IMG/VR virus record: IMGVR_UViG_3300025528_000017
Span: 1 to 37,781 of that record
Strand: one strand, 5' to 3'
Length of the DNA: 37,781 bases
Source: a virus
Lineage: Duplodnaviria > Caudoviricetes
This document shows positions 16,781 through 28,167 of this stretch, piece after piece. Position 1 is the stretch's first letter; every line of letters begins with the position of its first letter. The notes below the pieces were generated by a model that saw only the letters and a list, made by a program, of their open reading frames with translations, did no database searches and was not told the origin of the DNA. The position numbers were made by a program, and so were the translations under genes.

Positions 16781-19700
16781 GTGACCACGCCCGTCGGATC
16801 GATTCGCCTTGACCTGTCGATTGACGGGTCGAACCTGGGTGACGAGATCACCGCGGCGGTTCAAAAGCATGTGAAGGCCGCGCTCAGCGACCTCACCAAG
16901 CTGTTGAGTGAGGTGCAGGCGCAAATGGAATCCACCAGCCGCGCCAGCACATCCGTCGCTTCCGGGGTCGAGCATGCGGGAAAAGCTGCCCGCGAAGCCG
17001 CCGGCGGCATGAGCGACATGCAGCAGGCCAGCCAGGCCGCGGCCCAAGCCACCAAGACTGCCGGAGACGCAGCCCGCGCCGCCGGCAGTGGCATGGACGA
17101 CATGGGCCGCGCCAGTGACAAAGCTGCGGATAGCACCAGCAAGGCCGGTCGTGCTGCCAGCCAGGCAGGAAACGAGGTCGGGCGGTTCACCAATGCCGCG
17201 GAACGCGCGGCGTCGGTGAGTAAACAGCTCGGCGACGGGATGCGTAACACCGCGTCGGGGTTCGTGCGTGCCGGAGACGCGGTGCTGGGCGCGGTCGGCA
17301 AGTTCGCCAAGTGGACCGGCATCGGCGCCGCCGTGTCGGGCGCGATCGGTGGTGTGGCAGGCAGTTTCAGCGTGCTGCAGCTCGGCATGAATCGGCTCAC
17401 CTCGATCGAGAACGCGCGATCCACGCTGCAAGGGCTCGGTCACGACGCGCGAAGCGTCGAGGGCATCATGGATTCCGCGCTCACCGCGGTGAAGGGCACC
17501 GCGTTCGGGCTGGGCGAGGCTGCTACCGTGGCCGCCTCCGCGGTGGCCGCCGGTGTCCAGCCCGGCGAGGATCTGACCCGCACCCTCAAGTTGGTCGGTG
17601 ACGCCGCCGCGATCGCCAAGACCGACATGCAGTCGATGGGCGCGATCTTCAACAAGGTCGCCACATCGAACGAGGTGCGGGGCGAGGTCATGGCGCAGCT
17701 GCACAACCGAGGCATCCCGATCCTGCAGCTACTGAGCGAGGAAATCGGCAAGACCGCTGAGGAAACCGCGAAGATGGCCTCGGACGGCAAGATCGATTTC
17801 GAGACGTTCCGCAACGCCATCGAACGCGGCATGGGCGGCGCGGCGCTCAAGGCCGGCGAAACCTTCGAAGGCGCGATGGCGAACATGAGGGCCGCGCTCG
17901 GCCGGCTGGGCGCCGAGATCCTCAAGGGCCCGTTCGAGTCCGCACCCGCGGTGATCGGCCGAGTCACCGAAGGCATCGACGTGGCCACCGACGCGGTCAA
18001 GGGCATGGTCAGCTACCTGCGCACCGGTGAGGTGACCGACACGTTCCGGGATGTGTTCGGCCGCGGCGACATGGCTCGCCGGGTGCTGGCTGGACTTGAG
18101 CGGGTGCGGACGGTGGCGAGGCAGGTCCGCGACGGGTTCGAGGAACTGCAGGCCGCGTGGCGCGGCGACGATGGAGCGGCAGACTGGGCGACGAAAGCCG
18201 TCGATTTCGTTCGGGACTCGCTGGCGCGGGTGTGGAATATCGCAAAGCAGCTCGGGCCAGCGCTCGCCGGTATCGCCGCGTCATTCGCCAAAGCATCCGC
18301 CGCAGTGGGTGTCTCGGCGTGGACGATCTTCCTGGGCGCGGCCGAGTCGTTGGTGCCGATCCTGACGATGGTTGCGGACCTGATGCAACGCCACGAGGGT
18401 GTGGTGGTCGCGCTGGTGGCCGCGTATGCGCTGCTCAAAACTGGGTTTATCGGAGCAGCCGTGGCTGCCAAGGGCCTCGCGGTCATCAAAACGGTTACTG
18501 GCTGGATGACGGGCCTGATCGGTGTGACCACCGCAGCTGGCACGGCCATGTCCACGACGCTCACGACGGTTGCGACCGACGCTGATGGGCTCGGGAGCTC
18601 GATGGGTGGGCTAGGAGAGCGCACGAAGAAAGGCATGCGCGAGACCCTGCGCAGCCTGAAGGCTTTGCGCGGTGAGATCGGCACGACGATGCTCATGGCC
18701 GGGACAGCCGCCACCGCGACGAGTAGCGGTATCGCCCAGACCGTCGGCGCACTGTCCAGCGTCGCGGGAGGTGCGCTGGCTGGCAGCATCTTCGGGCCGG
18801 GAGGTGCGGCTATCGGCGCGGGCATCGGCGGCGGGATAGCGTTGGCGTCGTATCTGCTGGGCGAGAACGCGCGGGCTGCACGCGCGGCGGCGGCCGCGCA
18901 AGCTGAGCTCGCAGAGCAGATCCAACGTGCCAAAGAGGCACAGCTGGCATCCCTGGGGGTTCAGAAGGAACTCAACGCGGCGCTGCTGGAGTCGGCCGGT
19001 GTCGTTGACGAAGCCGCGGTTGCAGCGGTCGCCCGGACCATCGACAACCTTCCCGAGATGCTCAGAGGGCGGCTGAGCGACGACCAGATCCAAGGTGTCG
19101 TCGAGTCGATCCAAAAGCTCGGGGTGTCGTCAGAAAGTCTTGCCTCGCAGCTGACCCGGGGCGGCCCGGCCCTGGACGCCACTCTGGCGGCCCTACGGGC
19201 ATTGGGCCCGGACGGTGAGCGTGCCGCAGATGCAATTCTCGGCGTCGCTGCCCGGTTCGATCATGCCCGGACTCGAGCTGAGGCGGCCGCCCCAGCCTTG
19301 TCCGAGATGGCGCAGAAGATGGGCGTGGACGTACTGCAGGCGGCCGACGACCTGTCGGTGGCGTTGAAGGCTGTCCCACAGAACATCCCGCTGAACATGG
19401 ACATGCCCGGCGCCGAAGCGCTGGTGGGGTTGCTCCGCGAGGCGGGCGCGGCGGTGGAGGTGCTGGGCGACGGCACCCTCCATCTCGACGTCAACGATGA
19501 GAAGGTTCGAAACGCGATCACGGTTGTTGACAGCCTCGGCTGGGCGATCAAGCAGGTTCCCGACACCAAGCAGATCGAGATCACTGTCAAGACTGACGAA
19601 GCAGCGCTGCAGCGGTTCATCTCGCAGATGACCACCGAAATGCAGAAATTCACGACACTGTGGATCACCCCTCAGCTGACGGGCGAAATTCCCGCCGGAC

Positions 19701-22700
19701 AGCCCAGACCCAACCCCACAACCGGTGGAAACGCCCTGGACCCAGGATTCTTCATTCCTGGCGGCCGCGCCGATGGTGGTGTGCTGCCCGGCTACAGCCC
19801 GGGGCGGGACAACATGCTGGTGCCGCTGTCCGGCGGCGAAGGGATCATCATCCCCGAGGCGATGCGGGCGCTCGGCGGGTCGTGGCTCTACCAGCTGAAC
19901 TCGAGGTTCCGGCCCGGCATCTCGCGCCGAGGCTACGCAGATGGTGGTGTGCATCGCGGCAGCGGCGCACTGCCGGGCCCAGTGTTCGACACCCGCGACG
20001 ATGACGAACCGCTCAAGCTGCTCGAGGACATCCGCGACCTGCTGGCCGGCGCCGGGCCCACAACCGCGCCGCTGAACGTCACCGCCCGCGAGGTGTCCAC
20101 GCTCGCGGACAGGGCGGTCGGGCGGATGGCGGGTATGACACCCGGCGGAACTGGCCCGTTCGGCACGCCGATCGCACCACGGCACCGCGGCTACGAGATG
20201 GCCGCCGCCGCGATCTCCGCGTTGGGTGGGGATCCGGAGAAGTGGCTAGGTGCTGAGCCGGTCTCGTACTGGCGTGAGCGGATCAACGAGTCGGTGCAGG
20301 CGGTGCAGCAGGCCACCTCTGCGATGGGCCCGGTGGTGGCGGACATGGGCCGGTATGTGGAGGCGTTGCAGGAGTTCGCACGCACCGGTGACCTGTCGGC
20401 TGTCCAGGGTGTCGGGTTGTCCGCCACCGATTCGGTGATCACCGCCATCACCAGCGCCCGCAACAAGAAGACGGACCGCCTGTCCGATACGGAGATCGGC
20501 GCGTTGATTGAGCAGACGCTGGGCCCGTCCGGCTATGTGGGGGTGCTCGACGAACGCAACGCGTCCTTGGTCAAGAGCCTGCAGTCGTTCCGCGACAAGA
20601 TCGCCAAGGGCTCCGGCACGATGACCGGCGGTGCGCTGGTGGCGGGCCTGCCCGCCCACACTGGCGCCGCAACGTTCAGCACGTCGGGTCTGATGCCTGC
20701 CACCGCCGCGCTGGGCCAGGCGGTGCTCCAAATGTTCCCGCAGATCCGCGAGATCGGTGGATACCGGCAAGACCCACACCCAGACCACCCGTCCGGGCGG
20801 GCGATCGACATCATGATCCCCGGCGGCACCACACGCGGTGGCCGCAACCCCGCCGGCGAGGCGCTCGGGGACCAGATCTGGAACTGGCTGATGTCCACCG
20901 GGATCGTGGACCCCAAGGGCAGCCTGTGGAAGACCGATGTGGGCGGTGACCACTTCGACCATATTCATGCCCGGATCGCGGAGGGGATGGAGAACGCTGC
21001 GATTCAGGCGGGGCTTATCCCGGCTGCCGCTGGCACGCCGGCGGCAAGCCTCGGTGGGCTGTCAGCCACGGGTGGGGCGACACCGGTATTCGTCACGAAC
21101 TGGCCCGGCACCGGCGGCATGGGGATGCCGCCCGGGCTGCAGCCGATCCTCGACGCGGCGGCACAAGGCAGCGGGGAAGCCGCGTCGAACGTGCTCGGCG
21201 ACGTCATGAGCGCGGTCGCCGGTCTCGGCCAGGAGGATTGGGCCAAACGCGATGCCAGCTACGCGACCCTGAACAAGCTGGTGCGGGACCGCAACCCGCT
21301 GGCTCTCGCCGCGGCACTCGGTCTTGATGTGGAGGACTTCACCCGCCAAGGTGGCGGCCACGGCGACATCACGGCTAACGACGGGCCCGGCTACGACTCG
21401 TCCGGACGTCTGTACTCCGACACCGCAGCGCTGCTGGATCGCACGTTCACCAGCCTGAACGCGCAACTGGCCGCGATGCGCGATCAGATGGTGTCGGTCA
21501 TCGAGCAGGTGTCGCACAAGCTCAACGACGCCGCGCTGGAACCGATCGTCAAGGCCGGTGTGCAGTCCGCCCTGGAGGGGTTGAAGGACAGCGTCAGTCA
21601 TGCGATCGGCACGGCGATGGGCCAGGCCGCCGCCCCGCCGATCGCTGATGCGGTGCGGCAAGGCATGGCGTCGTTGCCGATCGCCACTTCCGGCGGAGAC
21701 AGCGGCGGGAATGCGTTCTCCGGATTGATCCCCGGCATGGCGTCCGGCGGCCCGGTCTACGGCGGCGTCGCGGGGAGGGACTCGGTGCCGGCGTTGCTGA
21801 TGCCGGGCGAGCATGTGCTGACCACCGACGACGTGGCCCGGCTGGGCGGCCAGTCCGGCGTGTATGCGTTCCGGGCCGCGTTGGCCCGCACCGGCGGCGT
21901 GCGCGGGTTCGCCACCGGCGGGGCGGTCGTCAACGATGTAGTCGGGGCGGAGTTCTTCGGCGTCTCCCAGATCCCGATCATCGGGTTGATTGTCAACATC
22001 CTGATCCGGGTGCTGCTGTCGGTGCTGGGCGTGCAGATCCAAGCGCGGGACACGCTGCTGCAGATGACCGACGAGTTCCGGCAGTTCCGCGGCGACTTCC
22101 AGGCGTTCGACGCGTCCGGTCGCCTGCTCAACGACACCAGCGCCCTGGTGGACCGCGCGCAATCCAGCGAGGAGATGGCCGCCCAGGAGCGTATTCGCAT
22201 CCTCAAGATCGTCATCGAGGCGCTGATTCGGTACATCATCGAGAAGGTCATCGTCCCGATCGGCAAGGCGGTGGCCAACGCCGCTATCTCCGCCGGCGCA
22301 TCGGCGGCCGGCGCGGCGATCAACACCCAGGCGCCGGGCGTGGGCGGCATCGTGTCGAGCTTGATCACTGCGGCCGGCAGCGCCGGTGTGGACATCGTCG
22401 CCGAGATCGGAACTGATCTGGCGCTGGCGATCAGCGAAACCGTGATTGCCGTGGTTGCCGAGGGGCTGCAGTCGCTGTTCCCCGACCTGATGACCACCAT
22501 CTTCGGCGGCGGGCTGCTGTCGATGCTGCTCGACCCGATCGGCAACATCCTCGGCAACACCTTCGGTGGGCTGCTCGGCGGCATCACCAGCCTGCTCGCA
22601 GGCCTGTTCGGTGGTGCGGCCACGTTGATCCCCGGTTTGCCGTTCGACCGCGGCGGCATCGCCTACGGCACCGGGCTGATGCCGAAGGCCACGATCGCGC

Positions 22701-22882
22701 CTGAGCGGGTGCTGTCGCCGCGACAAACCGAGCTGTTCGAGCGGATGGTCGCTGCACTGGAACGCAACCCGCGCGCCGCCACCGGTTCGACCACCATCGT
22801 TGACGTCGGAGGTATCACCGTGGCCGGAGGGCCGGAGGCCGGTGAGCGGGTGCGCGCTGGACTCATGGAGCTGATGCACTGA
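16781..22882 (+). CDS. Tape measure protein (2033 aa) with embedded putative peptidoglycan peptidase motif
   Basis: Longest ORF, Ala/Gly-rich; tape-measure domain (SALTAVKGTAFGLGEAATVAA); DHPSGRAIDI...HFDHIH motif. Confidence 0.95.
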   Translation: MTTPVGSIRLDLSIDGSNLGDEITAAVQKHVKAALSDLTKLLSEVQAQMESTSRASTSVASGVEHAGKAAREAAGGMSDMQQASQAAAQATKTAGDAARAAGSGMDDMGRASDKAADSTSKAGRAASQAGNEVGRFTNAAERAASVSKQLGDGMRNTASGFVRAGDAVLGAVGKFAKWTGIGAAVSGAIGGVAGSFSVLQLGMNRLTSIENARSTLQGLGHDARSVEGIMDSALTAVKGTAFGLGEAATVAASAVAAGVQPGEDLTRTLKLVGDAAAIAKTDMQSMGAIFNKVATSNEVRGEVMAQLHNRGIPILQLLSEEIGKTAEETAKMASDGKIDFETFRNAIERGMGGAALKAGETFEGAMANMRAALGRLGAEILKGPFESAPAVIGRVTEGIDVATDAVKGMVSYLRTGEVTDTFRDVFGRGDMARRVLAGLERVRTVARQVRDGFEELQAAWRGDDGAADWATKAVDFVRDSLARVWNIAKQLGPALAGIAASFAKASAAVGVSAWTIFLGAAESLVPILTMVADLMQRHEGVVVALVAAYALLKTGFIGAAVAAKGLAVIKTVTGWMTGLIGVTTAAGTAMSTTLTTVATDADGLGSSMGGLGERTKKGMRETLRSLKALRGEIGTTMLMAGTAATATSSGIAQTVGALSSVAGGALAGSIFGPGGAAIGAGIGGGIALASYLLGENARAARAAAAAQAELAEQIQRAKEAQLASLGVQKELNAALLESAGVVDEAAVAAVARTIDNLPEMLRGRLSDDQIQGVVESIQKLGVSSESLASQLTRGGPALDATLAALRALGPDGERAADAILGVAARFDHARTRAEAAAPALSEMAQKMGVDVLQAADDLSVALKAVPQNIPLNMDMPGAEALVGLLREAGAAVEVLGDGTLHLDVNDEKVRNAITVVDSLGWAIKQVPDTKQIEITVKTDEAALQRFISQMTTEMQKFTTLWITPQLTGEIPAGQPRPNPTTGGNALDPGFFIPGGRADGGVLPGYSPGRDNMLVPLSGGEGIIIPEAMRALGGSWLYQLNSRFRPGISRRGYADGGVHRGSGALPGPVFDTRDDDEPLKLLEDIRDLLAGAGPTTAPLNVTAREVSTLADRAVGRMAGMTPGGTGPFGTPIAPRHRGYEMAAAAISALGGDPEKWLGAEPVSYWRERINESVQAVQQATSAMGPVVADMGRYVEALQEFARTGDLSAVQGVGLSATDSVITAITSARNKKTDRLSDTEIGALIEQTLGPSGYVGVLDERNASLVKSLQSFRDKIAKGSGTMTGGALVAGLPAHTGAATFSTSGLMPATAALGQAVLQMFPQIREIGGYRQDPHPDHPSGRAIDIMIPGGTTRGGRNPAGEALGDQIWNWLMSTGIVDPKGSLWKTDVGGDHFDHIHARIAEGMENAAIQAGLIPAAAGTPAASLGGLSATGGATPVFVTNWPGTGGMGMPPGLQPILDAAAQGSGEAASNVLGDVMSAVAGLGQEDWAKRDASYATLNKLVRDRNPLALAAALGLDVEDFTRQGGGHGDITANDGPGYDSSGRLYSDTAALLDRTFTSLNAQLAAMRDQMVSVIEQVSHKLNDAALEPIVKAGVQSALEGLKDSVSHAIGTAMGQAAAPPIADAVRQGMASLPIATSGGDSGGNAFSGLIPGMASGGPVYGGVAGRDSVPALLMPGEHVLTTDDVARLGGQSGVYAFRAALARTGGVRGFATGGAVVNDVVGAEFFGVSQIPIIGLIVNILIRVLLSVLGVQIQARDTLLQMTDEFRQFRGDFQAFDASGRLLNDTSALVDRAQSSEEMAAQERIRILKIVIEALIRYIIEKVIVPIGKAVANAAISAGASAAGAAINTQAPGVGGIVSSLITAAGSAGVDIVAEIGTDLALAISETVIAVVAEGLQSLFPDLMTTIFGGGLLSMLLDPIGNILGNTFGGLLGGITSLLAGLFGGAATLIPGLPFDRGGIAYGTGLMPKATIAPERVLSPRQTELFERMVAALERNPRAATGSTTIVDVGGITVAGGPEAGERVRAGLMELMH

Positions 22883-24315
22883 TGGCCTATCGCGGATGGT
22901 TCGCCCTCAACGGTGTGGAGTTCGCCAACACCGCGCGGGTTGTCGCGCACCTGGGGCGAGACGTCCCCACCAGCGACCTGGGCATCTTCACGCAGGCTGC
23001 CGCGGATTGCGGACTGGTCGAATCCACCGAGTACCCAGGCCTGTACGAGCTCCCGGACACCGCCACCGAGGTCGCGCCCGGGTTGTGGGCCCCGCCCAAC
23101 GGTGCGCGCCGCTACGGGCCTGGGCTTCTCGAATTCGACGGCACCTGCTGGGGACCGGCCGCCATCTGCTCGTCGTGCTCCACCCACGTCGCCTATGACG
23201 ATTCATGGCCGGGGCTTCGGGAGTTCCTCGGCGACACGATGTACCGGCCGGAGCTGGCGCCCTGGTACACCACACAGCTGCCGGAGTCCGGCGAGTTCGG
23301 CGGCGTGTGGGTGATGAAGGTTGACGGGCTGGGCCCGACACCGGTGGAGCGCACGGTCACGCAGATGGCCGGCTCCGGGGCGGCGGCAGGTCCGTCCCGC
23401 GACGCATCCCGCACCGTGACGTTTGAGGCGCTGCTGATCGGCTGCACCCATGTCGGCGTCGAATACGGGCTGGACTGGCTGACGTGTCTGCTGCGAGACA
23501 CCAACACCGATACCGGATCCACGCTGCGTTATCTGGCGGCCTCCCCGTCATATTCGGGTGTGGACCCGGCGACGCTGGTGCGCGAGGTGCACAACGTCGT
23601 CCTGACGAAGGCGCCGACGATATCGCAGGAGTTCAACACCGAGCCGCGGGCGCATCAGCAGGCCACGATGTACCGGGTCACCTGGGAGATGGCTGTGCTC
23701 AGTCCGTATGCGTATCTGCCGGCTGTCCCGGTCGTGGTGGATTGGGACGAGATCGTCCGCCAGCCGATCAACTGGGTGCATGCCGCGGATTGCCGGCGGC
23801 CGGAGACGTGTGAGGACATGCCGACGCTGTTCTCGACGGAGTGTGTTCCGGTGGAGATCGCGGTGGTGACCACGCCGCCGCCGGTGTGTGGTGGCTGCCT
23901 GCCGGTCGGGGAGATCGACAAGTATTCGTTCCGGGTGCCGACGATGGAGTACGCGTTCCGGTGCCGGGAGACCGCGGTGACCACGATCATCCGGAATCTC
24001 GGAGAGGCGCCGCTGACGTTGCAGGCGTTCTGGCGCGAGTGCGGTTCGGATATCCGGTGTGAGGACAACCGGTTTCCGCTGCAGGTGGCGGGTTTGCCGC
24101 CGACCGCGGAGCTGCACTTGGACGGGATCACCGGCCGGTATTGGGCGCACTACGACGGCCGGAAACGCCGCGTCGTCGGAGTGGTCGGCACGCCGAACGG
24201 TGCGCCGTGGCGGCCCCCGATCATCGACCGTGAAACGTGCTGGGACTTCATCGTTCAAACCGCCAGCAGCAGCAAGTTCGAGGTCGAGATGATTCTCTAC
24301 GACCGGGAGCCGTGA
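22882..24315 (+). CDS. Minor tail protein (distal tail-like)
   Basis: First gene after the tape measure, TGATG overlap, 477 aa. Confidence 0.85.
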   Translation: MAYRGWFALNGVEFANTARVVAHLGRDVPTSDLGIFTQAAADCGLVESTEYPGLYELPDTATEVAPGLWAPPNGARRYGPGLLEFDGTCWGPAAICSSCSTHVAYDDSWPGLREFLGDTMYRPELAPWYTTQLPESGEFGGVWVMKVDGLGPTPVERTVTQMAGSGAAAGPSRDASRTVTFEALLIGCTHVGVEYGLDWLTCLLRDTNTDTGSTLRYLAASPSYSGVDPATLVREVHNVVLTKAPTISQEFNTEPRAHQQATMYRVTWEMAVLSPYAYLPAVPVVVDWDEIVRQPINWVHAADCRRPETCEDMPTLFSTECVPVEIAVVTTPPPVCGGCLPVGEIDKYSFRVPTMEYAFRCRETAVTTIIRNLGEAPLTLQAFWRECGSDIRCEDNRFPLQVAGLPPTAELHLDGITGRYWAHYDGRKRRVVGVVGTPNGAPWRPPIIDRETCWDFIVQTASSSKFEVEMILYDREP

Positions 24316-25352
24316 TGATTGTCTCCGCGGAGCAGATCGTGGCGGTGCGCACTATCGCCGGTGTGCAGCTCTACCAGTTCCTAGCCAGCGGATATTCCCA
24401 TCTGAAATGGACGCGGGCTCTGCGTGAGGTGTCGATCTGTGACCTGGTCGTGCCCCCGGCTGACGGCTACGTGCGGATCCCGGATATAACACCCTGGCTG
24501 CACTGGGTGGACGTGTGGGACGACCAAGGGCAGCAGCTGTACTGGTCGGGACCGATCACCCGGGCCGAGCAGGGCCGCGACTGGCTGTCGCTGTCCGCCC
24601 GCGACGTCAGCGCGCTGCTGGCACGGACACGCTGCCCGCTGACGAAACGGTGGGACGCCGCCGACCCCGCTGACATCGCCTCCGAACTCTGGGCCGCAGT
24701 GATCGAGCATCACGGCCTGAACATCCGCAGCCTCGCCCGTAGGGATCCGCGAGGCGACCGATTCGGCTACGACTGTGTCGCTGATGAGACGATGGCCGAC
24801 GAAGTCGTCGGCGAACTGGTCGATCTCGGCCTCTACTGGTCAGTGGTGGCCGGCATTCCACTGCTCGGGCCCGCGAAGCGAGAGCCGGTCGCCACCCTCG
24901 GCGAGCACGACTTCATCGAGGGCGGTTTGTCGGTGATCCGCGACGGCGCAAACACGTTCAACGATGTGATGTTACGTACCGGCGACAGCGTGTCGCGTGC
25001 CCGCTTGCCGATGGGCGGGCTGAATCTGCAGACCATCGTGAATATCGACTCGATGTTCGGGGTGTCCAACGCTGACCGTGCAGCCCATCAAGCAGTGCGG
25101 CACACCGGCACGATCCGGGACGCCATCAGCGTGCCGGAGGGCGCCACGCTGCACCCGGACGCCCCGATCAGTATCCGCGAGTTGGTGCCCTCTGTGCGGA
25201 TCAATGTCGAAGCGTTCGGGCTGCTTTCGACGATGGAGCTGGAAGGCGTGACCGTGACGTGCACTCAGAACGAGACGTCGGTCGGAGTGGACCTCGAATC
25301 GGTCGACGACGATCTGCCGGAGCTGGTGGAGATCATGGAGGCCCAGCGTTGA
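24315..25352 (+). CDS. Minor tail protein (hub-like)
   Basis: TGATG overlap; LKWTRALREVS and LYWSGPI motifs. Confidence 0.85.
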   Translation: MIVSAEQIVAVRTIAGVQLYQFLASGYSHLKWTRALREVSICDLVVPPADGYVRIPDITPWLHWVDVWDDQGQQLYWSGPITRAEQGRDWLSLSARDVSALLARTRCPLTKRWDAADPADIASELWAAVIEHHGLNIRSLARRDPRGDRFGYDCVADETMADEVVGELVDLGLYWSVVAGIPLLGPAKREPVATLGEHDFIEGGLSVIRDGANTFNDVMLRTGDSVSRARLPMGGLNLQTIVNIDSMFGVSNADRAAHQAVRHTGTIRDAISVPEGATLHPDAPISIRELVPSVRINVEAFGLLSTMELEGVTVTCTQNETSVGVDLESVDDDLPELVEIMEAQR

Positions 25353-28162
25353 GCGACACCCGGGTTGGTCGGACACCGCGCTCGGATGCGGAGTGGGCGC
25401 GGGAGACGGAGCGGCGTCTGCGCGCGTTGGAGCGGGCACGGACCGCGCGCGCGGGGGAGTACGTGCTGTCGTCGCGGGACGGCCGCCTGGTGGCCACCAA
25501 GCCGGGCGAAACGCCGCTGGAGGTCGGACAGGTCCCCGCACCGGTAGAGATCGACCTGTCGGCGCGTGGCTCGGTCGTCTCCGATATCACCGCGATCGCA
25601 ACAGCGGTCGGCTACCCGGAGGTCGATGAGGACGATCCGCCGTCGCTGGATGATGTGCGGCAGTGGGTGTTGCAGCAGTTGTTCGGCAAGATCCCGCCAT
25701 CTCGGATTCCGGGGCTGCCATGGGCGCATTTGTTCGACGGCGCCGAGGAGCTGCTCGACGACCCGTCGTTCGATAACCCGTCGACGTTCGCCAACAACCC
25801 TGCGATCACCTATGACCCCGACTTCGGCCGGCTGAAGCCAGGGTCGGCGCGAATCGACGCCGACGGCACAACCCGGGTCGGTGTATCGAACCTGATCTCG
25901 GTGGCCGCCGGCGAGGTCATGCCGATGTCGGTTCACGTGTTCTACGAAGGCGTGACCGCCACCGGGCAGGACCCGATCCGAATGTCGGTGCGCGGCTACC
26001 ACGTCGAAAAGGACGGCACACGCACGCTGGTCGATACCCAGCTGATCGATGCAGTGGCCGCACCTTCTGGTGAGAGCGACGACGTGCCCGAAGCTGAGGA
26101 CGGCTGGCTGCGGCTCTCCGGCTCCTACACCGTGCCGGAGCTCGCCGAATCGGTCGACGAGATCGTGATGGAAATCAGCGTCACCGACGCGATGACCGCC
26201 GGCTCGGTGTGGTTTGACGACGGCTCGGTGAAGAAGACCCGTGACGGGATGCCGCAGCTGTGGATCAAGAACCTGCCGACTGATCTGAATTCGTTGTGGA
26301 ACGGCCTCACTGGCATGGTCGACCAGCTTTTGATTCGGCTGGGCATCACTCCGGTCGGGGGACTGTTCGACCGCATTTTCGACCTGTCCGACGAGCTGGA
26401 ATGGATTCAGGAGAAAGCGGCCGAGGGCGCAGCTGAGGCAGCCGCGGCGTTGAACAACATCGGCCAGCTCGCTTACAACCTGGCCACCAACCCGGCCAGT
26501 GTCTTGGGTCCGATCTCGCAGTCGATGGTGACCGGACTGCAATCGGCGTTGAGTGGTGTCAACAATTTCGTGCAGAGTCTCATCGACGCGATTGTGTCGG
26601 CGTTGCGGCGGATTCCGATCGTGGGCGGCACGCTGGCTGACATCGTTGCTGACATCGGCGATCTGCTCGATTTCGTCGATGAGACTGCGCTGGAGGGGCA
26701 GCACACCCGGGAGAGCATCGTCGGCGGGTATCGGCGCTCCCCGGCACCGGGGGCGACGACCGTGGATGTCGAAAATGTCATGACGGACATTTCGACAGAT
26801 ATTGTGGTGGCGCAGGATTCAGCGATCACGTTGGCGAATCTGGCCAACGCGCCGAAGAATGTGCCGTTCTGGGTGTCCCCGGACCCGTTTGAGGATGTGG
26901 CGTTCCCGCGGGCCATGCTGACCCCGCGCCAGTCGATTAACGTCGGCATCGGCCCCACCGGATCCGTCTGGTCGGGCAGCGCCGGAAGTACGGCGCACAC
27001 CCACTCCAACCCTTCCCCGACTGTCACGACCGACTACGTAATTCCAGCTGTCGCTGGCGCCGATGGGGATCAATACTTCAACGCGATCCGCACTACCTAC
27101 AACCGCATCTATAACACGATCGGATTCATCACCAGCGGTGGCACCCCGCCGGCGACGGTCTACGCCGCGCTATATCGCATCGACCCGGAGACGGGCGAAG
27201 CAACGATGGAATACGACTTCGGCAACGTCAGCGCGCACATCCTCACCGGCAGCGGCCTGGTCGACCAACGCTTGACGATGGACCACGACATCATCGCCAA
27301 CGAAGGCGATCTGTGGGCGGTGTCGATCCTGCCGGTGGGCGGGAGCCTCGGGTTTGGGGCGATCCGGCGTTCTGACATGGGCTACACCGGGATCTATCCG
27401 CGTTATGCCACAGCGCGTCTCACGGGACGCACCTTTATGCCGGTGTCTGTGGCTGGAGATGACTTCGTGTCATCGAACTTCCGCGTGTGGGCGTGCCTGG
27501 GTCAGGCCCACGAGGAAGACACGTCTCCGGTGACGCTTGTGGAGACCTTCAACGCCGCTGACACCGCCGATTGGCGCTCCAACAACTGGAACAGGTGGGT
27601 CAGCCACTACAGCTACCGGCTTGGCATCAAGGGGGGCAGGCTCTATCTGGACAACGGTGCTGCTATCGCGGCTCTCACGGTGGCTGGGTCGGCCCTGCAC
27701 CGCACACTGCTGCACACCAGCGACCATGCCTGCGAAATCACCATCGGGTCCGGTTGGGATGCAGCGGCGTACGGCCATGCGACCACCCGCGCTTATGTGC
27801 GTTGCCGCAGCAACGGCTCTGGAGGTGTCGCCATGCACCTGGACAACGACGGCACCCAGACTCGGCTGCGTATCGCGACCATCTCCACCATGACGGAGGT
27901 GGGCACTGTCAGAGCAACGGTCACCGGCCTGAACGCTGCTGTGGGCGACCGTTTCCGCATCCAAGCCGAGGGCAGCACCTACCGGTGCTTCCGCAACGAT
28001 GAGCCGATCCCCGGCGCGGTGTGGGAGGACACCGCCGGGATCATCCCGCAGACCCCGGCGTTTCGGGCTGTGGGCTGCGGCGTCGGAAACCGTCGCGCGA
28101 TCCTGCTCGGCCCCATCTCTGAGTCTGCCTACATCGACCACTGGCGCGCCTACGACCTGTAA
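25349..28162 (+). CDS. Large minor tail protein / putative receptor-binding protein
   Basis: TTG start overlapping the upstream stop; carbohydrate-binding-like region, helical stalk and C-terminal beta-rich domain. Confidence 0.85.
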   Translation: MSDTRVGRTPRSDAEWARETERRLRALERARTARAGEYVLSSRDGRLVATKPGETPLEVGQVPAPVEIDLSARGSVVSDITAIATAVGYPEVDEDDPPSLDDVRQWVLQQLFGKIPPSRIPGLPWAHLFDGAEELLDDPSFDNPSTFANNPAITYDPDFGRLKPGSARIDADGTTRVGVSNLISVAAGEVMPMSVHVFYEGVTATGQDPIRMSVRGYHVEKDGTRTLVDTQLIDAVAAPSGESDDVPEAEDGWLRLSGSYTVPELAESVDEIVMEISVTDAMTAGSVWFDDGSVKKTRDGMPQLWIKNLPTDLNSLWNGLTGMVDQLLIRLGITPVGGLFDRIFDLSDELEWIQEKAAEGAAEAAAALNNIGQLAYNLATNPASVLGPISQSMVTGLQSALSGVNNFVQSLIDAIVSALRRIPIVGGTLADIVADIGDLLDFVDETALEGQHTRESIVGGYRRSPAPGATTVDVENVMTDISTDIVVAQDSAITLANLANAPKNVPFWVSPDPFEDVAFPRAMLTPRQSINVGIGPTGSVWSGSAGSTAHTHSNPSPTVTTDYVIPAVAGADGDQYFNAIRTTYNRIYNTIGFITSGGTPPATVYAALYRIDPETGEATMEYDFGNVSAHILTGSGLVDQRLTMDHDIIANEGDLWAVSILPVGGSLGFGAIRRSDMGYTGIYPRYATARLTGRTFMPVSVAGDDFVSSNFRVWACLGQAHEEDTSPVTLVETFNAADTADWRSNNWNRWVSHYSYRLGIKGGRLYLDNGAAIAALTVAGSALHRTLLHTSDHACEITIGSGWDAAAYGHATTRAYVRCRSNGSGGVAMHLDNDGTQTRLRIATISTMTEVGTVRATVTGLNAAVGDRFRIQAEGSTYRCFRNDEPIPGAVWEDTAGIIPQTPAFRAVGCGVGNRRAILLGPISESAYIDHWRAYDL

Positions 28163-28167
28163 AAGTC

